Assembly (NCBI GenBank): GCA_963727895.1
Contig: CAVSHT010000009.1
Location: 128,001-192,000, forward strand
DNA: 64,000 nt
Source: an uncultured Methanosarcinaceae archaeon
GTDB lineage: Archaea > Halobacteriota > Methanosarcinia > Methanosarcinales > Methanosarcinaceae
Reading direction: 5' to 3'
Shown: piece after piece, positions 55,338 through 64,000 of the stretch
Numbering within the stretch: the first letter of the stretch is position 1
Layout: the number at the start of each line of letters is the position of its first letter
The notes under the pieces: generated by a model
The model's database searches: none
What the model was told of the DNA's origin: nothing
Seen by the model: only the letters and a program-made list of their open reading frames with translations
Program-made: the position numbers and the translations under genes

Positions 55338-56144
55338 TTATATATTCTTTATTTCAATTGAATTCTCTTTATAATACTTAAAAAGATCTTCTCCCCATTT
55401 TATTGAAGGCAAATCAAAACCTATTAAGTCATTTCGAGGGTCATAGGTTCCATTTTTAAAAAAGAGAGACAGGGATAGAAATCGATCCGTTACCACAAAG
55501 GCAATTTTTGCGTTGTCGTATACATGGAAACTTGTGTGATTAAATTTAAGAAATTCTTCAATTTCAGTACTATACTCACTTTTTATTTTAAAAAATACAT
55601 TGGGCGTAACAATTATAGAAATTGGAATATTCCTGTGAGCCAATTCTAGGAGCATAGAAGGATGGCTGGGAAGAAATATGGATGAAAAACCTACAAAGCG
55701 TGTAGAAGACAGCACATTTTCTAGAAATGCCTTGTGAGTATCGTAAATATGCTCATGCTCATCTCTTATGACTCTACACTCTTTAAGCTCTTGAATTCTG
55801 TTTAACAATACTTCAGGAATTACAGAAAGGTCATGGTCTTTCCAGAAATCCTCGTTTATTTCTATAGCTGAAAGAGTGTCCAAGAAGGGCTTATAATAGA
55901 TAGCTGATACTTTTCCAAGAGATGTCAGATGATACATTCCCTCTTGTCTGATAATCAGATTTGCAGCTTCCATTTCTTTAAGCCGAGGAAGAATCTCAGG
56001 GGACTTTACATCAAAATAATCTTTGATATCAGAAAGAGTTCTTGGACTATCTTGAAGTAAAAACAAAATATCCTTTCTTTTATCTGAAAAAGTAAGAATG
56101 CTTAAGAGTCCATTGGATTTCACTTTATCACCCCACAAACCCAT
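55338..56144 (-). CDS. Winged-helix transcriptional regulator (DUF1724-like)
   Basis: SDKRKDILFLL, FWKDHDL, WGEDLFKYY. Confidence 0.85.
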   Translation of the reverse strand: MGLWGDKVKSNGLLSILTFSDKRKDILFLLQDSPRTLSDIKDYFDVKSPEILPRLKEMEAANLIIRQEGMYHLTSLGKVSAIYYKPFLDTLSAIEINEDFWKDHDLSVIPEVLLNRIQELKECRVIRDEHEHIYDTHKAFLENVLSSTRFVGFSSIFLPSHPSMLLELAHRNIPISIIVTPNVFFKIKSEYSTEIEEFLKFNHTSFHVYDNAKIAFVVTDRFLSLSLFFKNGTYDPRNDLIGFDLPSIKWGEDLFKYYKENSIEIKNI

Positions 56145-56779
56145 TGTTACTTTGCACGGTAGAGCTAATCAAATCTTAACGCCTTAATCAAGTTCTTTAC
56201 TTTGATATGCAACAACTAAATTAAATCTTTATATTATTTCATTTTTTTATATTGATTGAAGAGAAATTGGTTATATCCTGAAGATAATATCATTGCTAAA
56301 ATGCTATATGAATTCAATATATATTATCTTTTTCAAATGTTTTCATAATTAATAATAATTCTTGTCTATGTTTAAGATTATGCTTATCAGCGTTATGAAA
56401 ATGAGAATGCTCTTTGTAAATAAATCAGAACTTTGTCCAAAAAATTTATATATGTTAATGATCTCAGATTATTTCATTAATATAAAGCTCATAATTGAGA
56501 CTTTGAACATAAAAAGAACCTCATAGCTAAAAATTAATATTTCATATTGATATAACAATAATTACTTTAGAAGAGAATATAGTTATTTAATCACAGAATA
56601 CGACCACTGAACAAGTATAAAGTTAAATTATCTATTTTCTGCGAATTAAAGCTGGTAGCACTTGAGCACAAGAGCTTATTGAACCTTTAACCTGAAAAAT
56701 TAATAATTTCCCTGCCATAGATAGCAGGGCCTTTTGAATTATAGTTTCAGCATAGTATTCTCTATTTCATAAGGTGTTA

Positions 56780-58396
56780 TTAATGAAGGAAGTGGCGCAT
56801 ACCTGTAAAAACCAAAGCAACTCCAAGTCGATTTGCAGCAGCAATAACCTCACTATCCCTAATTGATCCACCTGGAGAAACTATATAGCGAATATTATTT
56901 TCTGCAGCATGAATTATGCTATCATCAAAGGGGAAAAATGCATCTGAAGCCATTACACACTCTGACATAATTTTCTGACAATAAGCCTCAAAGGAGATTA
57001 CAGGATTTTCTCGTTCATAAATTATCTTGAGATTTTCTACAGCTTTTGTAGCTGCAAGTTTACGAATCGAGTCAACTCTATTTGGTTGCCCTGCGCCCAT
57101 AGCAAGGACCATGAAGAATCCTGGCTGATACTCATGAGCAAGGATTACTGCATTAGATTTAGTTGCCTTACAAGCTTTTAGACAGAATTCCGAGAGAGAA
57201 CGCTTTTCTTCGGGGTATTGGACATCGGTAACTGACTCCCATTTCTCATAAAGGCCGACATCGCGCATTTGTTTTAGCATTCCTCCGATTACATATTTAT
57301 ATGTGTAGTCTGTCCCAAAAGCATCTCTGAGCTCAGGCAGTTTAAGAAGTCTAAGGTTTTCACTTTTATTTTTGAGATACTCAAGAGCATCGGGTTTGAA
57401 GTCAGGAGCAAGAATTATTTCTACAAATTTCCCATTCAGAAAAGTTGCAGACTCAAGATCGAAGACCTCATTGGTGCAAATTATACTTCCATAAGCTGAA
57501 ATCGGATCTCCGCCCCATGCAGCTTGGAGAGCCTGCAAGAGCGTGTTTCCTGTAGCAAGTCCACATGGATTATTGTGTTTTACGATTGTTACTGCAGGAA
57601 AAGCATTTCCGAACTCTTTTATTGTCTGGAGGGCATTGTCAGCATCCACATAGTTATTATAGGAAAGTTCTTTTCCATGCAATTGAATGGCTTTTGCAAG
57701 AGTAGGACCCTTAATTTGAGAATCTTTATAAAAATAGGCTTTTTGATGCCAATTTTCTCCATATCGGAGTTTTATTCCTTCGGTAAAATTCAGACGCAGT
57801 ACATTTTCTCCAAGCAGGGTTTTGCTAAGATAAGCATCAATAGCTGCATCATAATCTGCAGTATGTTTAAAAGCCTTGACTGCAAGGGCAGCTCTAGTTG
57901 AATCTGAAACTACTCCAGTTGAACGAAGTTCTTTGAGGACATGCCCGTAGTCCGATGGATTAGAGAGCACTGTAACCGAACGATAATTTTTAGCTGCTGA
58001 ACGAAGAAGAGTAGGACCTCCTATATCTATATTCTCAATAGCTTCTTCTAGTTCAATGCCTTCTTTTGAGACAGTTATCTCAAAAGGATAGAGGTTTACA
58101 GCTACCAGATCAATGAGTGAGATGTCTTCTTTTGCAGCCTCAGCCATTTGTTCCTTGCTATCTCGCAGGCATAAGAGCCCGCCATGAATTCTTGGATGAA
58201 GAGTTTTAACTCTCCCTCCCATCATCTCCGGACAGCCCGTGACTTCCGAGACATCGGTAACTTCTATGCCGGCGTCGCGAAGAATTTTCGCTGTTCCGCC
58301 TGTTGAAATAATCTTCACGCCAAGGGATTCAAGCCCTCGCGCAAATTCTGCAATTCCGGTCTTGTCTGAGACGCTGAGCAGTGCTCTTTTTACCAA
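56780..58396 (-). CDS. purH: Bifunctional AICAR transformylase/IMP cyclohydrolase
   Basis: ALLSVSDK, GRVKTLHP, IDIGG, LRYGEN, KHNNPCG, SDAFFPF, MRHFLH. Confidence 0.97.
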   Translation of the reverse strand: MVKRALLSVSDKTGIAEFARGLESLGVKIISTGGTAKILRDAGIEVTDVSEVTGCPEMMGGRVKTLHPRIHGGLLCLRDSKEQMAEAAKEDISLIDLVAVNLYPFEITVSKEGIELEEAIENIDIGGPTLLRSAAKNYRSVTVLSNPSDYGHVLKELRSTGVVSDSTRAALAVKAFKHTADYDAAIDAYLSKTLLGENVLRLNFTEGIKLRYGENWHQKAYFYKDSQIKGPTLAKAIQLHGKELSYNNYVDADNALQTIKEFGNAFPAVTIVKHNNPCGLATGNTLLQALQAAWGGDPISAYGSIICTNEVFDLESATFLNGKFVEIILAPDFKPDALEYLKNKSENLRLLKLPELRDAFGTDYTYKYVIGGMLKQMRDVGLYEKWESVTDVQYPEEKRSLSEFCLKACKATKSNAVILAHEYQPGFFMVLAMGAGQPNRVDSIRKLAATKAVENLKIIYERENPVISFEAYCQKIMSECVMASDAFFPFDDSIIHAAENNIRYIVSPGGSIRDSEVIAAANRLGVALVFTGMRHFLH

Positions 58397-58997
58397 AAAA
58401 TCACCAATGTATTTGGTTTAAAAATTATTAGCTATAAAACTTATGGTTTATAATTATAAATTTAAAAAGAAGTTTTTTTCCTGGAAAAACTGGATAGATT
58501 TTACAAGCCTATTATTTCTGTCAAAGTGAAGTGTTTAATAGTACGACTGTATATATAATTTGACATATTTCCTTGACTATTTATCTTATTTGTCATCGCT
58601 CCCTATTCTTAAAAATACTGATTTTTTTGTTTTCAAAAGGTGAGTTTTGATAAGCCTAGATACACTGCTTCTACAGATTATATCTGCTGAAAAGAGACAA
58701 GCCAACTCAGTCCAAAAACAAAATATTACGCGAATGTATCAGTTAATCCTATATACAATGCTATCTACTAGATCTTTTTACATATTCTGAAATGAAAAAT
58801 GCAAAGGATTTAGCTGCAGTAAGAAAATAAATTCGTTCTGAAATCAGTTGTTGATTCTATCTGAATGTATAATTTATTAATAATAGTCATGAGCAATTTT
58901 TTTATCGGTTATCGATGAAATGTTTGGGGCTACTATTGATTATTGATTTAACGATTATTTTAGCAGTAAGTGGGATGTTAAAATTTATCTCATTTTC

Positions 58998-59112
58998 AGG
59001 ACTTACGTACCCTAACGGCAGAATAAAACACGAGCAGATTGTTATATTTATTATGATCTGAATAACCTGAAGTCTTAAGCTGCTGTTTTTTCAGTTTAAC
59101 TGTGTGAGTCCT
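58998..59112. mobile_element. Possible MITE
   Basis: Imperfect terminal IRs AGGACTTACG ... TGTGAGTCCT about 115 bp apart, non-coding. Confidence 0.4.
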
Positions 59113-59338
59113 ACGGAATTGAGATACAGAACCTGCTTAATGAAAAATAGTCGGCGCGCCACAAAAACAATACATGATTAACATATATATATGTTGATTT
59201 GTCCAGTTTTTGATTATTTAAGTTGATATGAACTTTGAGCTCATTGATATTTTGAGTTATCAAGTGGTATTATATAAGCCTCTTGAGGATATTAAATTAA
59301 GTATAATTAAAAGATAGTTATTAATAAGATATATTTTT

Positions 59339-59646
59339 GGTATTATTAACTAAACATAGTTAACTTTTTATTTTTGTATTTCATCAATAGAATAACCGAG
59401 TACTTTAGCATTTCAAGACTCTTCGTATAACACTTTGTCTTTCTTCTCAACCTTGCTAGAAAATGCCTCAATATGCTGTTATATCCTTCAACAGTATACG
59501 TTTTTGCTTTGGATTGAGTATGAATCGTTTCAGAAATAAACTCTGCATATGCCCTCCAGTGATCGGTCATCACTTCTCCAATCTCTTTTTTCTTCAATTT
59601 TTCCCAGAGTAGTTTTCCAGTTTCTGTTCCTCTGATGCCAAAAGAA
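59339..59646 (-). mobile_element. IS1-family element, copy 4 (3' fragment)
   Basis: Right IR GGTATTATTAAC plus InsB C-terminus; homology ends at ~59646. Confidence 0.9.
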
Positions 59647-59886
59647 AAGACACTGGTTATTTTACGAGTTGTCTGTTTTGTAGTATCTCTGACAGCTGCG
59701 GCAGCAAGCGCCAGAGACGGTGGACCTCGTGGAGGCGATGGACCTCACTTTGGCGGTGGATACAGGCACGGTGGATTTGGATACCGTGGTGGATATGGAC
59801 GCGGCGGCTGGAGCGGTTACGGCGGCTGCGGCGGCTGCGGTTGTGACTGGGACGATTGGGACTGCTGGAACAATTGCGTGTGTTAA
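59635..59886 (+). CDS. Secreted Gly-rich peptide with Cys/Trp/Asp-rich tail (start codon lies in IS1 DNA)
   Basis: KTLVILRVVCFVVSLTAAAASA signal-like; GG-Y/F repeats; CGGCGCDWDDWDCWNNCVC. Confidence 0.7.
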   Translation: MPKEKTLVILRVVCFVVSLTAAAASARDGGPRGGDGPHFGGGYRHGGFGYRGGYGRGGWSGYGGCGGCGCDWDDWDCWNNCVC

Positions 59887-60293
59887 TTGTTGAGAGGTAG
59901 AGTGTCTTCATCAATCTTCTCACTTTTTTACTTTATTTTTTATAACACAGATTTCTTCATCATACTTTTCCATTTAGTCTTTTCATAAAACCGAGTTATA
60001 AGCCTTGATGGGCTCTGGCTATTTGTACTCTACTTTTTGTTTCTCCTTAATAGTCATCTTTTTGAAGGCAGTGGCAATGTTTGAATTTTTTACCACTGCT
60101 GCAGGGACAAGGATTGTTGCTTGCCACCGGTGTTCTGGAAAATACATAGTGAAAACTTCAAAAACAAAAAAATATCTGGAGACAAATCTAAATAAGGAAG
60201 GAATCAATGAAAAAACTGATAAATCCAATCTAAAAATGAATAAATAATATAGATTAAATTAGTATTTGCATAAAATTATTGAAAATCGATTTA

Positions 60294-60366
60294 TAGTCCT
60301 GAGCGGATTCGAACCGCTGTCCCGGGCTCCAAAGGCCCGAAGGATTGACCACTACCCTACAGGACT
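60294..60366 (-). tRNA. tRNA-Gln(TTG)
   Basis: AGTCCTGTAGGGTAGTGGTCAATC...CGGGC-CTTTGGA-GCCCG...GGTTCGAATCCGCTCAGGACTA. Confidence 0.97.
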
Positions 60367-60908
60367 GCATGTTAAAGTTATGTTAAAGTTATGTTAAAGC
60401 TTTTACCTATAGATTAATTCTTGTACTTAATTTTTGTGCCAGATTTGAGTTGTTTTGTGGTAATTTTTCCTGAAATGTTCTTTTATTTCAAACTCAGTAA
60501 AATGTAATTCTTGAAAATCCTTGTGACAGTTTATCCCTTACAAATTATATCCGCTTCGGAACAGATTGATATATAGAAATCTTCTTCCTGACGAATGGTT
60601 GCAGAAAAAGGAAACCAGATCTTCATACCTTAAAACATCCATTAGTTTATTTTTAAGGATTTTGGCTATGTAGAAATCCTCTAAAATAACTGACCTCAAT
60701 TAATTTGAGCCAAATAACTAGGTATACTTTTTATTAGTTAATGATGTCTCTTGAAGCTGATTTAAATAGGTATTATACAGATCCATTTAAATATATGTTT
60801 AGAAATTAATATAAGTATATCTGAATATCAGTCAAAGCTATCCAACAAGAAAGAAAAAAGATATGAGAATCTTGTATTCTCTTATTCTTGTAAAGGCTAT
60901 TCAGAAAA

Positions 60909-61211
60909 TCAGGCGGTAAGGTCAAGTCTTACGTCAATTACTGAGTCTTCGTTTGCTTCTATTTTGGATATTGTCAACAAATTGCCCTTTCTCTCCAGCA
61001 AAGTCGCCGTTGTGACCTGCACCTGGTGGCCATCCGTCTGTTTTTTGTTATTGCTTTTATAAATGACTAGCAATTTCTGTCCTTTCTCAGCCCCTTCCCC
61101 TATTTTGGAAGCAATATTTCGTATGACCTGTTCAAAATCAGAATAAATCAAAATTTCTGACTTATTTGCAACCTTTGTAATAATGCCAATTGGTTCCAGA
61201 CTAAGGTGCAT
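60909..61211 (-). CDS. Hypothetical protein
   Basis: 100-aa ORF with GAGG RBS. Confidence 0.7.
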   Translation of the reverse strand: MHLSLEPIGIITKVANKSEILIYSDFEQVIRNIASKIGEGAEKGQKLLVIYKSNNKKQTDGHQVQVTTATLLERKGNLLTISKIEANEDSVIDVRLDLTA

Positions 61212-61747
61212 ATCAGCTTTCCTTCTTTACCTGTTTACACAAGTAATCAAATAATACTAATTCTAGGTAATAATAACTTGCGATACATACTATATTCGAT
61301 CTGTTTTTCTCGTATTGATTAAGATCTCAGATATTCTCCTTAGTAAAGGAGAACCAATATATAAAGGTTACTAAATAATGTAGCTTGCACCCGAAATGCG
61401 TCATATAAGTACAAATTTAATTTAAAAAGTATTGTATATTAGAACTAAATTTTGTATAAATAGTGAGCTTATCCAAACTAACATCCTATTAAAAGTATCA
61501 CTTTAGAACTGTGACTTTCTATGAGACTAAAGTTCATTAAATACAAATATTATAACTGTTATATATGGAGATACAATTTTATTGAAACTTAACTTGCTTT
61601 TTCCAAAAATTAAGATATTTTACTCGCTCTCAGACGAAGAGCTTAAAATAAATCCATTTCTTTAGATAGACTACTTTCAAAAAAGTCATTCAGCCTTAAA
61701 CATAATTCGCATTAAAGCATTTAATTTATATATATTTAAAGATTTTA

Positions 61748-62107
61748 ATGTTGCCAAAGGATTTTATACGGTGTAGAATTATGAATCAGCATTACTTTTC
61801 CTTGGATGAATATTATAAGTATCTCATAGGGTTTAACGGCATTATACTTACTTTCTTAATAATAAAGAGTTATCCATCTGTTGTTAATTTACCAACAAAA
61901 ACTAGCTTTTTTATTATGTTAGTAGGAGCCTTTTGTATATTAATTGATAATTGGAACCGAAAATCAATAAATTACAGATTATATGTTGAAATATATGACA
62001 ACGAGTATCAAGCTAATTCTGACTATAAAGCGGGTAAAATATTTATAAACTTAACTTTTTATGTGATCTCTATATATATAGTACATGGTTTAATTGGTGC
62101 ACTATGA
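61748..62107 (+). CDS. Small membrane protein
   Basis: Three hydrophobic segments; very low GC. Confidence 0.45.
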   Translation: MLPKDFIRCRIMNQHYFSLDEYYKYLIGFNGIILTFLIIKSYPSVVNLPTKTSFFIMLVGAFCILIDNWNRKSINYRLYVEIYDNEYQANSDYKAGKIFINLTFYVISIYIVHGLIGAL

Positions 62108-62277
62108 TGCACACCAATGGATTTTTGTGAAAGATTGATTATTAAACTGGAATTGAAAACGTAGCTTTAATGAAAGGTACATTTCCAATTATTTTACAAA
62201 AAGGCTTTAATTTTTATGTTAGTCACATATAAATACAAGTACATCTAATTTTGATATAAGAAATTATATATTTATTT

Positions 62278-63017
62278 GGTATTGTTACTTAAATATATCT
62301 ATGTCTTTATTTCTTTATTTCATCAATAGAATAACCGAGTACTTTAGCATTTCAAGACTCTTCGTATAACACTTTGTCTTTCTTCTCAATCTTGCTAGAA
62401 AATGCCTCAATATGCTGTTATATCCCTCAACTGTAAATGTTTCTGCTTTTGATTGAGTATGACTCTTTTCTGGAAGAAACTCTGCATATGCTCTCCAGTG
62501 ATCTGTCATCACTTCTCCAATCTCTTTTTTCTTCAATTTTTCCCAGAGTAGTTTTCCAGTTCCCGTTCCTCTACCACCAAAAGAGCAGTTGATGAACTTT
62601 TTCCCAACTCTATCAATAGCAATCCAGATCCAGCAATATTTTTTTTGTTACCGATGTAAGTGTGCATCTCATCCATTTCAACAATAGATATCTCATTTTC
62701 ACTTTTTAGGTCCTCTAACTCCTGACCAAATTTCTTTATCCATTTTTGGACAGAAACATGACTTACCCCTAAAACTCTTCCTATTGAACGAAAGCCTAAT
62801 CCTTCAAGATAGAGTTGTAAAGCCTGTCTTTTTACAGAAGCGGAAAAAGCAGTTGATTTTAGCTCTACTGTATAGTTATATCCACAATCAGAGCATTTGT
62901 ACCGTTGACGCCCACCAACTATACCGTTCTTTTTGTGACTGGAACTATTGCATCTGGGGCAGTTCATGAAGAAATACACTTTCTAATAGTATATAACTAT
63001 GTTTAAGTATCAATGCC
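62278..63017 (-). mobile_element. IS1-family element, copy 5
   Basis: 740 bp; IRs GGTATTGTTAC / GGCATTGATAC; InsA open; no clean target duplication. Confidence 0.95.
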
Positions 63018-63277
63018 TATTTTTTACTGATATCCCTTTGATTTTTGAAAATTAATATTTATACATATCGATATGTATAAATAACATAATTAGTGATACA
63101 ATAAAAGAGAGAGACATTCCAGAGGAAATATACCTAAAAATCAAAAAAATAGCAAGGCAAAATCAATGGATAAAACAAAAAATAAAATTTATTGGAACTA
63201 TTTTGGGTCAGGATACCTCAATTTAAATTTTTATACAATGTTTGATTTGGCTTGGGTTCAGACCTCTGGAGATTAGA

Positions 63278-63874
63278 ATGACTCTCATACTTGATGAAGA
63301 AGAAATTGGAGTTCTTGAATGTATTAAAGAGGCTCAAACCGATCGTGGATTCCATATTCGGGATATTATTAAGAAGGCAAAGACCGGGTACGGGATGTCT
63401 AGGTCGAAAGTATATGAAATAGTAGGTTATCTGGAATTTCACGGTCTGATAAAAACAAACAAATCAGGCAACAGGACACTCGATGAAACTCAAGATTATT
63501 TTGTGATCTGCTCTGAATGCGGGCATGAAATTCCAGGAAATGAATATCTCAGAGAAAAAGGGCGAACAATCTGTGAAGATTGTTACATGGAAACACACCA
63601 GAAAATCAAGTTTGCAGACCCTCTGGCAGTGCGTTCCAAGAAAATCTTTAGAAAACAGCATGGGTTTGAAGGGATTGAGGGGCTGACAGAGCTTCAAAAA
63701 GAGATTTTCACTTTCATCCTGCAAGAAGGCGGGGTAACCCCTGAAAAAATCTCTATACTTTTTGGGCTCACCTTTCAGGAAACCAGAAACCAGCTCGCAA
63801 TATTAAGACACTGTGAGCTTTTGAAATGGCGAAAGATAGGAGATGAAATCTGCATAGTGCCTTTTGATTCTTAA
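63278..63874 (+). CDS. wHTH - Zn finger - wHTH protein
   Basis: MSRSKVYEIVGYLEFHGLI; CSECG...CEDC; C-terminal HTH; GGAG RBS. Confidence 0.75.
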   Translation: MTLILDEEEIGVLECIKEAQTDRGFHIRDIIKKAKTGYGMSRSKVYEIVGYLEFHGLIKTNKSGNRTLDETQDYFVICSECGHEIPGNEYLREKGRTICEDCYMETHQKIKFADPLAVRSKKIFRKQHGFEGIEGLTELQKEIFTFILQEGGVTPEKISILFGLTFQETRNQLAILRHCELLKWRKIGDEICIVPFDS

Positions 63875-63931
63875 ATCGTAAATAAGGAGTAGATATATTG
63901 AGGAAGTGAGAACCTGACAGAAAGAATTGAT

Positions 63932-64000
63932 ATGGATGAAAAGCTACAAATCATGGCTGATCAACTCCCAGAAGTAATGAATGCACTTCCAGGACTTTAT
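63932..64000 (+). CDS. Start of a gene running off the window
   Basis: MDEKLQIMADQLPEVMNALPGLY, open to the edge. Confidence 0.4.
   Translation, partial: MDEKLQIMADQLPEVMNALPGLY

Noticed and set aside
60370..60399. 11-bp tandem repeat upstream of tRNA-Gln
   Set aside because: Real (TGTTAAAGTTA, about 3 units) but most simply a slippage duplication.

Overview
AT-rich archaeal chromosomal window, very likely Methanosarcina (RFA-P synthase, FEN-1, DRG GTPase, PGF-CTERM-like protein, DUF1724-type regulator, archaeal tRNAs). Core genes fill ~1-27.7 kb (argA, DtxR-feoB, bioY-ECF, ArsR-permease, ilvE, moeA fusion, GTPase, methyltransferase/ATP-grasp fusion, fen, gpmI) and ~53-64 kb (satP, UbiA, purH). 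There are three tRNAs, five IS1-family copies and a decayed IS110. Between the core blocks lies a ~24.6 kb decaying integrated virus/plasmid-like element (~28.2-52.8 kb). It has a truncated tyrosine integrase, two iteron-like origin regions, and four ParB-like/HTH genes that each carry a sequence-variable palindrome at the same place in the coding region. It also has an 85-aa helical-hairpin protein resembling spindle-shaped-virus major capsid proteins, next to a disrupted gene for a protein of roughly 1,700 aa or more with an AbiEii/DUF1814-like nucleotidyltransferase domain. Also seen: swapped IS1 target duplications implying an inversion of argA-dtxR-feoB, an IS110 bridge-RNA-like leader, a ~290-nt sRNA candidate and small Gly/Cys-rich peptides. 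All family assignments are by-eye motif recognition; no searches were run.
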